In this document: positions 14,377 to 27,336 of the stretch, piece after piece
How the letters are laid out: every line of letters begins with the position of its first letter
Numbering within the stretch: the stretch's first letter is position 1
Assembly: GCA_030141605.1 (NCBI GenBank)
Contig: JAQGDQ010000227.1
Coordinates: 62,001 to 126,000 of the forward strand
From: Tubiluchus corallicola
Taxonomy: Eukaryota; Animalia; Priapulida
Direction of reading: 5' to 3'
Length of the DNA stretch: 64,000 nucleotides
Program-made: the position numbers and the translations under genes
The notes under the pieces: generated by a model
The model's input: the letters and a program-made list of their open reading frames with translations, nothing else
Database searches by the model: none
What the model was told of the DNA's origin: nothing

Positions 14377-14469
14377 TTTAAGTAAAGGTGACACTATGTA
14401 GACATTATTATCACTATGTCACCGCATGTGACACTCCTATCGGACAGGACACTCTTGCTATGACCCTCC

Positions 14470-14950
14470 GCTATGTCACTGCTTCTTCAAAGTCTCATTC
14501 CTTCTATGTAGACATTAAGCCATCAACATTTATTAGAGTATTCCACCCACTTCTATCTGCCGCTAACAGCCCAAGCCTTCTACTCCTGAAGACAGATTTG
14601 GTTGAAGTTGTTGAACATCTTTATTTATTTTAGCTATTCAAGTTGTTTACCGGGTGTTTTTTGGAAGGTTTTAAGGCTTCCTTTAGGGCGATTCTTACTG
14701 GTGCTTCGCTTTGTAATCTTAAAACATGTCCTAACCATCTTAATCTTCGGATCTTGACTTTTGAAATCCAAGCAATTTCGTTCGTTCTAGTGTATAATTC
14801 TTCGTTTTTGATTATGTATGGTCATCGTATCTTTAAAACTTTCCTTAGAAGACTTCTATGAAATGTGTCAACCTGCTTTTCTTGAGTAATCGTTAAAACC
14901 CAAGTTTCACTGTTGTGCATAAATATCCTGATAACGTAGTCATTAAATAA
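14470..14950 (-). mobile_element. RTE-like LINE 3' fragment
   Basis: Minus-strand translation HNSETWVLT...FHRSLLRKVLKI...RRLRWLGHVLRL. Confidence 0.8.
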
Positions 14951-14994
14951 TATCACTTAAAGCTACACAAATATTATGCTACAGGGTTCAACAA

Positions 14995-15715
14995 ATGTCA
15001 CACAACGTGGGATGTGACATCACACATCCTGTCACACAATGCGAGGCTGTGACGTCACACGTCGTGTCACACAGTATGAGCGTGACATCGCACATCGTGT
15101 CATGCTGAGCGAGACTGTAACATATTATGTCTCACAGTGTTTGACTTTGGTGTATCATCACGCATCATCTCATGCAAAAGGTGAGTGTAACATCATATTA
15201 TGCCTCACAATGTGAAATAGTGACATCACACATCATGTGATGCAATGTGAGACTAAAACATCACACATAGTGTCATACATGGGTGAGAATGTGACATCAT
15301 ATGTCACGTCATGTTACATGATGTGAGATTGCGACAACACACATCATGTCATACAATGTTAGACTGTGACATCACACATCGTTAAATACAATTTGACACT
15401 AACAGTCGTGGTCACATCACACAATGTGAAAATACAATTTGAGTCGTGGTCACATCACACATCGTTGCGTACAATTTGACACTAACACTCGTGGTCACAT
15501 CACACATCGTTGCGTACAATTTGATAGTCACACTCGTGGTCACATCACACAATGTTAAAATACAATTTGAGTTGTGGTCACATCACACATCGTTGCGTAC
15601 AATTTGACACTAACACTCGTGGTCGCATCACACAATGTCAAAATACAATTTGATTCGTGGTCACTTCACACAATGTGAAAATGTGACATCATGCATCATG
15701 CCGTACAATGTGAGA
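14995..15715. repeat. Degenerate tandem repeat rich in tgtgacatcacaca
   Basis: Direct reading. Confidence 0.75.
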
Positions 15716-16255
15716 AATGGATTTCATCAAAAACCCATATATGCAGCGTGACACAGTATGGTAGTATTATGGCATCATAAGGAGTAATTATTTTCGAAGT
15801 AAAGATCTACTACAAATAGAGCATCTTCTATTGTGGAAAACCTGCTCGCCTGGTGACATCAGACGTCTTACGAGAATACGACACCTAGCGACAAACACTG
15901 ACACCGCGTCGGACATTTCTGCTGTAATAAGCTCCAAAACACTCATCTTTGATGTACTGTCAGTCATGTTTGTCAGATTATAATTGACAGAGCGAAATTA
16001 AAGACGAGGCAAATCAAAAGCCTTGCATGACGTCAACAGATTGTCTTCAACCTGGTTTCATTTTATGTCACCGCTAAGATCAGTGTTCTATTCTGATTTT
16101 GTCAACGTCTGCTTGACAACAGTATCTAATCTAGAGGCCCATATAAACGTGCTTTGAGCATTCACACGAAATGTTATTATTGTTTGACAGGGATTGTGTA
16201 TGACAGGTGAAAATATTAACAAAACTACACCACATTTGTGGCATTGTTTGCCACA

Positions 16256-16301
16256 TTGTTGGTGGTGGTTGTGGTGCTGCTGCTGCTGTTGTTGTTGCTG
16301 C

Positions 16302-16339
<38 letters not shown>

Positions 16340-16352
16340 CTGCTGCTGTTGC

Positions 16353-16386
<34 letters not shown>

Positions 16387-16387
16387 A
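16256..16387. repeat. (GTT/GCT)n microsatellite
   Basis: Direct reading. Confidence 0.95.
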
Positions 16388-18093
16388 TATTCAGTTTATT
16401 AAGTTTAAATAAAGTTAGACCTATTCAGTTATATCTATTCAAGAGGCTTTATGCTATTATATTATTTTATATTATTTATTTTATTACAGACATTTAAAAG
16501 TCCGTGTGACAAGAATAAAAATAAAGCACAAGCAAAGATGCGCAAAGTTAGTTTACAGAAAACGTAGCAAACTTAATTGCTATAAAATATTAGTTAGAAT
16601 GGGTAAATAAAATTTTTTACATTGACTTAAAAGTGTTCGATCTAACATTTGTATCAATATCGTACAGCAAGTTATTAGTAACAGTATTCTCACTCAAAAG
16701 CAGCCTACTTCTGAGACTAAATACAGCTTTCCTACGTATGCAAGAAAAACTTAGTACATTGTAGCTAACGTACATTTGACTTGCACTACATATTTGTTGT
16801 TGTTTCTTGCTTAATGTTCCCCTAGAGGATAAAACCAAAACACTGTTTATCTTGCGTCTGAAACTATCTGCCATGTTTGTTTAAAATGTAGTTAATTTTG
16901 CGAGAGACGGTTTCATCTTGTCAGTTTGTAAAGGGACATAAAAGGGTTAAAAATTTTAGCTCACGCACACGTGTACATATATTTATATACATATATGTAA
17001 AACGCAGGCAAAATTTATCCTGGTTTTATGGTAAATTTTAGCAAAAGAACTTGTTCTTATATATTTGTAAATAAAGCGTGCATGTAGAAACGTTTTAATT
17101 CTTTACTAATAGTGTAATCTAAATAATCCCAGTGAAAAAATTCTGTTTTTATGGACCTTAATTATTATAAATAATTGCTAAAATGTTTATTAAGCAAGTT
17201 TATGGTACACGTATTAACGACATAATTATAATTGACCGTGTTGTTTATATCAGTAGTTCCCAACCTTTTGTTGACGGTGACTCCTTTCTAGAACCCTGCA
17301 TCATATCACGACCCCACGAGGAACATAATCACATGTTGTACTATTAAACATAATTATCGTTCGCATCTATTAATTTTAACTTACTATTCAACAAATTATT
17401 GAACAATGAGTGATTGTTTTATTAATTCGTCAATGTGATGATTGCACCCGTTTCCCAGCGACCAGTAATGCAACAGCAATAAGCATCCAAGGTAAAATTA
17501 ATAGCGACACGTTTTCGGGGGGTGTACACTGTACACAAATGTACAGGGTGGTACAACGCACATTTCCATTTTCCCAGGAAAGCAAGCACTGGTCTATCGC
17601 ATTTACTGCAGGAATACGCAGTTTCACTTTCCAGAACAAAATGATGAGAGACTGAGGAAACCAGACGTAATTACATACTTTTCATGGAAACAGCATAGTT
17701 TTTGGACTAGCTCAAAACCCCACGAAAAGTGCTTGGCGACCCCAGTTGGGGTCGCCACCTCAAGGTTGGTAACCCATGGTATATATACTCTTACATCATG
17801 ATACAGTGCAGAATTGTTGGCCTGCAAATGGAGGGGTTACATGTACATACATTTGAGGCCAATTCTGCACTGTATCATGATGTAAGAGTATATATACCAT
17901 GGGTTCCCAACCTTGGGGTGGCGACCCCAACTGGGGTCGCCAAGCACTTTTCGCGGGGTTGTGAGCTAGTCCAAAAAGCTGAGCTGTTTTCATGAAAAGT
18001 ATGTAATTACGTCTGGTTTCCTCAGTCTCTCATCATTTTGTTCTGGAAAGTGAAACTGCACTTTCCCCCTGTAAATGCGGTACATATGTATAT

Positions 18094-18095
18094 GC

Positions 18096-18140
<45 letters not shown>

Positions 18141-18346
18141 TGCGTGAGTGCGTGCGTGCGTGTATATTGAACAACTAAATATTTATCATCATTCATCATC
18201 ATCACAACCACCACCACCATCATCATCATTATCACCACCACCGCCGCCACCACCATCATCATGATCATCATCATCATCATCACCATCAACATCACCATCG
18301 TCGTCATCATCATCACCGTCAACAACTTCATCCTCATCATCATCAT
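18094..18346. repeat. (GT)n(GCGT)n followed by (CAT/CAC)n
   Basis: Direct reading. Confidence 0.95.
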
Positions 18347-19103
18347 GCCATATAAACCTGCACGATTGTAGAAACTTCTTTCTCTGATAATGTCACTAAG
18401 TACACCTCATATAATAAACAGACTCTGTATGACATGGTTTCTATGAATTCTTTCAATTTTCCTCCTAAGTTTTCCGCCTGCTCTTATCGGTCGTCTGAAG
18501 AGTGCCCGCTAATGGCGGAACAGCCAACAGCTGAGCCGGACGTTTTCTCCTATTTAAATGCTACTTTATTGCCGTTATTTGTATAACTGACTAGGCAAGG
18601 TGAGAGGATTTGTGTCGCAACAGATTTCCACACATTTTTTCACAGCCTGATCACGTGACATGCAGGAATCCGCGTGACTGCAGGGAAAATAAGCGATTTT
18701 ATTACGCGTTGGCTTCGGAAAGTTTAATTCCATTTAGGGGTGCCGGGAGAGGCAGGCAGCTGATGCACGTTGTATAGCGTAATCCCGCATTACCCTACTT
18801 CGTTCATAAATTGTTTCACAACGGCTCAAATGCATATTTATTGTCCATATCTGTTCATATTCTATTATATAGTAGCAGATATGATATATTTTCAACGTTT
18901 TTTAACAACAATATTATATTATCATTTCGGTGGTATGTTATATATCTGTATATAAAACGTTCGAGGCTACAGCTCCAACGACGGCACCATTTACGGCGAT
19001 ATGCACCATTTGCACCATGTCAAATGAAAGGTCTCGATCCAGTGTCGTCTCATTGGGGTTTATTCTTTTAATCTGGCCCACCGGAACGAACGGGAGCAAA
19101 AAC

Positions 19104-20004
19104 CTAGGTTTCACGCTAGGTTTTATGAATATACTCTAGGTTTCACGCTAGGTTTTGTGAATATACTCTAGGTTTCACGCTAGGTTTTATGAATATACTC
19201 TAGGTTTCAAGCTAAGTTTTATGAATATACTCTAGGTTTCACGCTAGGTTTTATGAATATACTCTAGGTTTCACGCTAGGTTTTATGAATATACTCTAGG
19301 TTTCACGCTAGGTTTTATGAATATACTCTAGGATTCACGCTAGGTTTTATGAATATACTCTAGGATTCACGCTAGGTTTTATGAATATACTCTAGGTTTC
19401 ACCCTAGGTTTTACGAATATACCCTAGGATTCACGCTAGGTTTTATGATTATACTCTAGGATTCACGCTAGGTTTTATGAATGTACTCTAGGATTCACGC
19501 TAGGTTTTACGAATATACTCTAGGTTTCACGCTAGGTTTTATGAATATACTCTAGGTTTCACGCTCGGTTTTATGAATATACTCTAGGAATCACGCTAGG
19601 TTTTATGAATATACTCTAGGTTTCACGCTAGGTTTTGTGAATATACTCTAGGTTTCACGCTAGGTTTTATGAATATACTCTAGGTTTCACGCTAGGTTTT
19701 ATGTATATACTCTAGGATTCACGCTAGGTTTTATGAATATACTCTAGGAATCACGCTATGTTTTATGTATATACTCTAGGAATCACGCTAGGTTTTATGA
19801 ATATACTCTAGGTTTCACGCTAGGTTTTATGAATATACTCTAGGTTTCACGCTAGGTTTTATGTATATACTCTAGGATTCACGCTAGGTTTTATGAATAT
19901 ACTCTAGGCTTCACGCTAGGCTTTATGAATATATTCTAGGTTTCACGCTAGGTTTTATGAATATACTCTAGGATTCACGCTAGGTCTTATGAATATACTC
20001 TAGG
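19104..20004. repeat. 32-bp minisatellite, ~28 copies
   Basis: Unit ctaggtttcacgctaggttttatgaatatact. Confidence 0.97.
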
Positions 20005-20464
20005 TCGAGACGTTTCACGATGGTCCGACGTGGCAGAATGCTTTGCTGAAATAGGATCATCCCTAGGGACATACTCCCACGACAACGAAAAGTTTATATA
20101 CGAAACAGAAACATACAAGATCATCTAAGAAAATCACTAACCCTATACCACGGGCGGTCACTTATCCAGTTACCATAAAGCACAGTAACCAATCATTGTT
20201 GCCTTAACCTGAAAATGAATGAGCTGTTTAACAATAATGCATCGTTGAAGAATCTTATCATATACAGTTTTTTACTGAATAATTTCGCTGGAACAAATCC
20301 AGTTTTTAGTAAATTGTGGAGATTAATCAGGATATTACAGCCGGTTATTGTTGAAAATGTACAAGATATTTTACAAGGCGATTTTCACCCGTGTATCTTG
20401 CAATAGAACAAGGCAAAATCATTCTCTGAAGCTTTTCATGTGTCGAACAGCTAAAGTATCATTT

Positions 20465-20772
20465 GATCAATTTTTCTCAAATCGAGTTGTACAGATTTGA
20501 AACTCACTGCCTGCATATGTTGATGGTGCACCCCTCGTAACTGCACAAAATATTAAGTTATTCAAAAGCCGCTTATATAAAGTTAACTTGCATAAATTCC
20601 TTGTACACAATAGACACATGTAAGCAGTTAATCTCTTTGTGTCTTTACCACACTCTTGTAAATATTGTATTTGTATGTTTTTTGCCAACGTGTTTTATAT
20701 TATATTGTTTTATAATAGACTGTATTTTACTATTGCGTGTGAATAAAATAAAAATAAATAAATAAAATAAAT
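20465..20772 (+). mobile_element. CR1-like LINE 3' end
   Basis: NRVVQI*NSLP...LFKSRL then (AATAA)n tail. Similar fragments at ~23095-23300 and ~34750-35030. Confidence 0.6.
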
Positions 20773-21084
20773 TGCACTATAGATGTAACTCAGAACTTAC
20801 GCATGAAACCTATTCAGAAAGACTCAAAACCCCTCATTTACGATCGTTAGAAAAGAGACGATTACTAAACGATTTGGTCATGTGTAGAACATAATAGATA
20901 GGAATGTTGATTTAGATCCCGAATTTTTTTACAAGATCACTCACTGATTGGACAAAAAGTAACCAGTTGTCTAATGTTGTAATTACAACAAATTTTTTTG
21001 CTGGCCAAGTTTGTGATTGGGCACAGGTTATTATTATTGTTTATGGGTTTTGCTATTAATGGTTTTCATTCGTCTTTCCTGCAG

Positions 21085-21185
21085 CGCTGATTGAGGAAGG
21101 TTACCATAGTAACAATCCATACCATAATGCAACCCATGCTGCGGATGTGACACAAGCGATGCACTGTTATCTGCAAGAACGCAAG
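21085..21185 (+). CDS. PDE7: PDE7-like exon ([33 protein letters not shown])
   Basis: cctgcag|...aag|gtaatc; 101 bp; YHNxxHAAD catalytic motif. Confidence 0.95.
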
Positions 21186-21329
21186 GTAATCGTAGCCGCT
21201 TGACTTTGTGTTTGTTGCTGTCGTCTTAATTAAACCTAATTAGTCTTGACCAAAAATGGGACCCAGTCGGATCGTAGCTAGTACACCACGGAGCAGGGAG
21301 GGGGGGTTAATGACAGTAAAAATGTACTT

Positions 21330-21660
21330 ATTTAGCGCAGTACGTCATTTAAAATCTCAGCAGACTCAACAGTAAAATACATTTAAAATTGATAAGAAAC
21401 TTAATAAAAGACATCAAAAATTAAAAATAATTAATCATAAAAAGTACAATTTAAACGAATGTGTCTTAAGATGTTGTTTAGAACAATCTAATGAATTTGA
21501 AGCAACAGGTAAGTTATTCCAGAGACGTAGAGCTCAGACAGAAAAAGCTTTTTCACCATAGAATACTGTTTTAGGAATTGGGATTGGGTGATGTAAATTA
21601 ATTTGTTCATTAGCATTAGAACGAAGTGTTCGACCAATGTTACGGCGTATTAAAAGATTT
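21330..21660 (-). mobile_element. L2-like LINE 3' fragment
   Basis: YGEKAFSV*ALRLWNNLP...HLKTH; probable continuation at ~22430-22580. Confidence 0.55.
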
Positions 21661-21699
21661 CTCCTAGTGCCCCTAGGTCTCGCTTGATAAAGACGGCTA

Positions 21700-22022
21700 G
21701 TACTTAGTGGTCAGTCGGGAAGCAAAGATGTGCACTTGTATAATTGTCAGTACTTAGTGGTCAGTCGGGAACCAAAGATGTGTACTTAGTGGTCAGTCGG
21801 GAAGCAAAGATGTGTACTTAGTGGTCAGTCGGGAAGCAAAGTTGTGTACTTAGTGGTCAGTCGGGAAGCAAAGATGTGTACTTGTATAATTGCCAGTACT
21901 TAGTGGTCAGTCGGGAAGCAAAGATGTGTACTTGTATAATTGCCAGTACTTAGTGGTCAGTCGGGAAGCAAAGATGTGTACTTAGTGGTCAGTCGGGAAG
22001 CAAAGATGTGTACTTGTATAAT
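21700..22022. repeat. 32/50-bp minisatellite
   Basis: Unit gtacttagtggtcagtcgggaagcaaagatgt with optional gtacttgtataattgcca. Confidence 0.92.
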
Positions 22023-24660
22023 GGCCCTGTTTACGTTAGTGGTGTATTTTAAAACGGAATAATGCAATATGTACTATTTTAATGTGTGAAATTAAGTAAA
22101 AAAGTTGTTGATAAAATAAAAATTGCTTCAAGGAAAGTAAAAAAATCGTCGTTAAAACGAAATAGTGCATCATTAAGTGAAATAAACTGTCAAATTCTCA
22201 AACGAAATCTACAGGAGAATAATAAAGTACATTTAGGTACAAAGTTACTAATTTGTTACTGAAACTCACGACTGTGATTCAATCCCTGCAAATTGAATAA
22301 AAAGTAATGCAAATTTCACCTGTCACCGTGTTGGTGGAGCACTTGACGTGAGAGAGGGTCAAATGCTGCTGGGACTACTTGCTCAGGTAAAGTAAGCACT
22401 TCTGTTATAACGCAGGTGTCAAATCTATGTTAAAATGTTAAGGCGTATTAAAAGATCAGTAAGGTATGCAGGTATCAGTAGTACTGACAACATTAAGAAC
22501 GTGTTCGTTTGTTGAAATTTTAAGTGCATTAAATGCAAGTCAATTAGTAATATTCTGCGAGCCACTGTAGCTCGACAGTGGAAGCATTGGTATCCCCAAC
22601 CCCTTGATTTTGGTTTTTGATCCCTAAAGGAAAATTTTCCCATTCGAAATGACTCATATTCAACTGACGCGCTAGCTTTTCTCACTGCAAGTTTTTCATT
22701 TTGAAAGATAAAATTTCGTTTTACAGTTTAGTATAGTTATTATACTGAATTACACATGTAGGGTACGTACCATAACCTATTGAGTGTTAGGGGCTCTTGA
22801 CGTCTTAATCCGGCCCAGGGCAGAAACATGCTTTGTCCGTGGTGAAGCTATCAAAACAGTCGAACATGATACTTCGTAGAGCAAGGAGGTTCACTGTTAC
22901 AGCAGGTGCAGTTGTTTGCTGACGAATTATACGGAAACAGACGACACCTAAACTATTTGATCATGCGTTAGAAAATAATACATACGGATGTTGCTTTAGA
23001 TCCCGAATTTTTTTTACAAGAGCATGTTTTTTTACAACTCCCTGATAGCAGAAAAAGCAACCATGGTCTCACTCTGTATCTTCGTTTAACGAAAAAAGGT
23101 TTTGGGTTCTTCTTCTCCAACCGTGTAGCTCAAGTACGGAATTCCTCACCCAGTTTGGTAAATGATGCACCTTTGGTTACTGCTGGTAATTCTAAACTTT
23201 TCAAAAATAGATTGAAATTTTTGAATTTTGATAAATGGCTTGTGTACGACACTTGCATGACGTATGCCTCTCTGTTAACACAGCAAACACGAAAGTTCTT
23301 TGTATGAGGTGTTTACTGCAGTCTTTTTTTTCTAAAGAAGGAGAAAAAACAAAAAAATACATAAAATTTGCAGTAATGTAATTTGAACAAAACTACAGAA
23401 ATTTGAACAAAAAAAAATACACAGAAAATTGCTATTCTAATTAATAAACTTAGATTTACAAAAATCACTTACTTCATTCGGCTAGAGAGAGCACACTGTT
23501 TATGGTTTATGAAGCATGACATTAAATTTCTCATATAAAAATTGCATTATCCACCAATTACAAGTAAGTCTCTGCAATAACTACCAGTCAAGTCTGCCAG
23601 CAATTGCCCACTTGGTCCCCTTTAGTTTTTGGCTCCCTCATGCGGGAAAAATAAAAAAACGAATTATATGGGTAATTGGGTAATTTGCCCATAACACTCT
23701 CTTCGACAACACATCCTTTCTATTATCCTGACTAACATCACCCTGGCGGTGAATTGCGGAAACTTAGTTGATTTTATTCCATTTTCTCAAAAATGCTAAC
23801 TAAGCACCAATTCTCTCTAAAAAGATTTCATGTATTATTGCTTAGTGTAGTATTATTAGCTAACTGTTTCAGGCTAAGGATTTTCGTAATGGTGGTCCTC
23901 TATAGAACTGTGGTCCTGGAGACCTCTGGCTCATAGACAATAAAAAAATTACGAAGGTTTTATCGGATGTGTCATAGCTGACTTAGCGCTTCTGTGTTCT
24001 ATAAACATGGTCACGAACCTTTTCAAGAATCCTCCCACCCACCAATAATCAATAATACTCACTTTCCAAGTGGTGACATTCACTCGCGAACATCGCGCAT
24101 GCGAACACCTACCCAGCATAAAATGCCTAACGTAATCGGAGCTTAACTGGAAAAATCTTAACATCAGCGCTCCGTAGGGGGCAACCCTGAAAAAGGAGGA
24201 CCGACAGCTAGGTCACCTAGCGCAAGTAAACAGCTACAAACATCGAAATTCCGAGTTGGGGCGAGTTCGGGAGCCAAAGCACCAGGCGGGCGGCGGGTCA
24301 CGTGCCCGGTTTCGGAGTGCCACCTGGCGACGTTGGATGCGCTTTTCCTTGGGGAGCAATTAGCCGCTGATGAGAGCAACTACGCTTCGTTAATGCAGTC
24401 TTTCCGCTACATGAAATATCCACGAAGCGTGATTAATCAATTCGCATTTTGCTCATTACTACCTGTAATTACATGAAGCTGTAGTGAATGAGATAGGCAG
24501 CACATTACAAACCTTTGCAACATAGCAGTCCTTGTAGAGCTCAGCTTGTGAAGCCTAATCTTGTAATGGCTAAAAACAGAACAGAACAGTCAATCCTTTT
24601 GAGGTCAATTATTGCTTGCTTACTGAGAATAATGCTGCAGACCACGTGATATCGTAATCA

Positions 24661-25050
24661 CTAGTGGTGAGCATCAAACCGGAAGGTTCAAGTTCGATTC
24701 GAACGAGTTTTTTTAGTTCGAATTCGATTCGAACCTACAAATATAATTTCGAATAATTCAGTACTTTAACCACACACGTTCTTTATCATTAAAACGTTTG
24801 AAATATCATGCATATAGCATAATTTAGCTGTGATATCTGTGCACAAATTTTAAACAAATTATTGGTGGTTTTACTGCAGAACAAAATTGAGTAATATGCA
24901 TGATCTTTGTAAGAATGATTTTTACTAGTGGTTCGAAAACTTGTTCGAAAATCTTTCAATCTCAATTCGAATTCGAAATACTAAAGTTCGGTTCGATTCG
25001 AATTCGAAAGTCACAAATTCGATTCGATTTGAATTCGCTTGCTGGTAGAG
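24661..25050 (+). mobile_element. MITE-like repeat rich in ttcga motifs
   Basis: Second copy at ~41402-41708; related end at ~39061-39098. Confidence 0.6.
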
Positions 25051-25368
25051 AATACTCACCCCGAGTAATCACATGTATTAATGCCATAGATATCTTAGAA
25101 TTAATGAACTGTATCACCGCGAATGTCTATTGTTTCTACACAAGTATTATAATGGACTTCTTCCTTCTACATTTGTCAATTATTTAACACAAACTTAACA
25201 CAACAAATCTATAAATACTTTACTCGTGGAGCTGTTGGTAACTTTTATCCTCTTGCCATTCACACTAGTTACGATTACCGAAGTCCTTCATATACTGTTA
25301 TCCAACAATGGGCTCAAATTCCTCCTTGGGCAAAATAACTTCAATTACAACGTTTTAAAAAGTATATA

Positions 25369-26337
25369 TCGTAAAACGGGGTGAGTTCGCCACTTTTTAG
25401 GGGTATTTTTTACGTTTCCTGCCATAGCAAGAGAATTACCCAACCGATTTTCTTAGTTCAAGCTTTATATTGCCTTTCGAATGAAACAGTATCGTGGGGT
25501 GAATTCGCCACTAACAATTTACACTGTTTAATGCCATTCTAGGCAGCTGAAGTTAACTGGTTGTGATTGGCTGGTTAGGGGTGAGTTCGCCACCCTATGA
25601 AAAAATTATAAAAAATGTCTAGTTTTAGTTTTCAAATAGAAACTTCTACGTTGGCAAAGAAGGCTTGAACGTCTTGTGCACTGATCTTATTGCGGGCGCC
25701 CTTGATGTTGCCAGCCACTCTGAAAACCAGATTGTTCCTTCGGGCGAATGATTTGACAAAGTCTATTCCAGGGGTGTTTGCCTTGAATCGTCGTTCCTGG
25801 ATTCCCTTCGCGTCAAGAACACTCTTAATCACTAGTCGGAGATCGATGGCAGTCATTGGGAACCCCCACTCAGCGGCCACTTGGAGTGTTGGCGATTTCG
25901 TGCTCCTCGGCGGCGGAGAACACTGGCTGATCTCCGGTCTTCCGCGGATGACTTCCTGAGAGTTTATCAGAAAGGGTCTTTCTTGGAACTCCGAATTGCC
26001 TCGCCGCTGCGCTGATTGTCCTGTTGGTATTCTTGACGGCATGTAGGGCAGCTTCCAGAGCTTCTGGGGTATAATTTTCGTATCTATGACCCGGTACAGG
26101 GGTGCAGGTGCGTGGCATGTTAAGTAGTAAGAAATAGTAGACAAATAATATGTAGCGCAGAATGGAATACTTCTAGTGCGAATTGAAAGAAGATAACTGT
26201 CTCAAACTGTTTATAATGACGGTGATCATAATATCTGTTCATTAAACACTGAACAATAGTTACAGCAAACCTAAAATGACCATTACGTAAGGGGTGGCGA
26301 ACTCACCCTCGGGTGGCGAACTCACCCCGTTTTACGG
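25369..26337 (-). mobile_element. Internally deleted pogo/Tigger-like DNA transposon with frameshifted DNA-binding domain
   Basis: TIR (c/t)cgtaaaacggggtgagttcgcca, TA on both sides, internal gggtgagttcgcca repeats. ORFs 26118-25870 (pipsqueak-type HTH, AAARQFGVPRKTL) and ~25885-25632 (CENP-B HTH-like, EWGFPMT...FARRN). No DDE domain. Confidence 0.88.
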
Positions 26338-26788
26338 TATCTGATTTGTTACTAACTCGGTACCTAACCTAACCTACTAATTAACTGAATATTGTTTTAA
26401 CTTTGACAATATGATTGTGTTAAAATGTATACTTTTTATCGGATTTGAAAATGGGGTTGTATACGAAAAATCATCCTGTCTTCCTTTAAAGTAAATGCTA
26501 AGCCTTCTGGGAGGGACTTAGCAATAAAAGTGTGACAAGTGCGTCGTTACAGTAAAATCACTTTGAAGTCGCGATCATTTCACGCTTGGGAAGCCCTTTT
26601 TCAACGTCAACTTTTCTACCTATGACGTTGATCATCAGCTGAAGAGAAACAGCGCACGAGTAAGAATGTTGAAGGCGGATGCGGGCGAATTAGAGGGTGG
26701 CTCCGTCTGAGAGGGCCCCGTATTTCATTAGGCTGATGTCCTTAAAAAGTGATAATTCGTAGACAGTGATAACCTGTAGACAGCTTAA

Positions 26789-27336
26789 AGGAAAACCGGA
26801 CCATTGTTTAGATTCGATCTCATTTTATTTTACTGTTTAAAATATACATTTTCTTGCCTATAAAGGTTAGGAGTTGTTTCTTATATTTGAATAATTAGCT
26901 TAGAAAGTTAATTAGCGGCAACAGAACACAGCTATTGCTTACGTCACAAACTAACCACAGTTTGTGCAATGGCTGGCTTCTTCCCTTGCGCGTCAAGCAC
27001 GTTTGCGTAAGTGTTACAGTACTGCTTAAACGCGTGATGTCACGAAAATGAGCTCTACGTCATGTGACGTCAGAAACTAGCACTGCAGTTCATCATCATG
27101 CTTATCACGGTACCGCCTTCTGTTTGTCGGCCAAGCGCACGTGACAAAAAGGCGCCGTTGCCATTCTTAGTAGATTCACAGAGCCGCGCGTAGCTTTGAA
27201 GGTTTAACAGAATTTGAGTATCCGAGGTAATTATTATTTAATCTAAGTTTAGATTTAAAATAAGCTATTTTAGTTTTCAATATTTTAGAGCATTCTTTAT
27301 TCTGAACTAATGTTTACACAATCGTCCGGTTTTCCT
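26789..27336 (+). mobile_element. TTAA-flanked non-autonomous element, family B (Kolobok-like)
   Basis: Perfect 13-bp TIR aggaaaaccggac/gtccggttttcct; flanks ttaa/ataa. Related copies at 54811-55836 and ~13095-13500. Confidence 0.78.

Noticed and set aside
19104-20004. CRISPR-like look of the 32-35-bp arrays (also 21700, 36576, 58005)
   Set aside because: Head-to-tail units with no unique spacers, no cas genes, eukaryotic intron context.
24365-24400. CTGATGAG hammerhead-like core
   Set aside because: A short stem follows but there is no GAAA counterpart.
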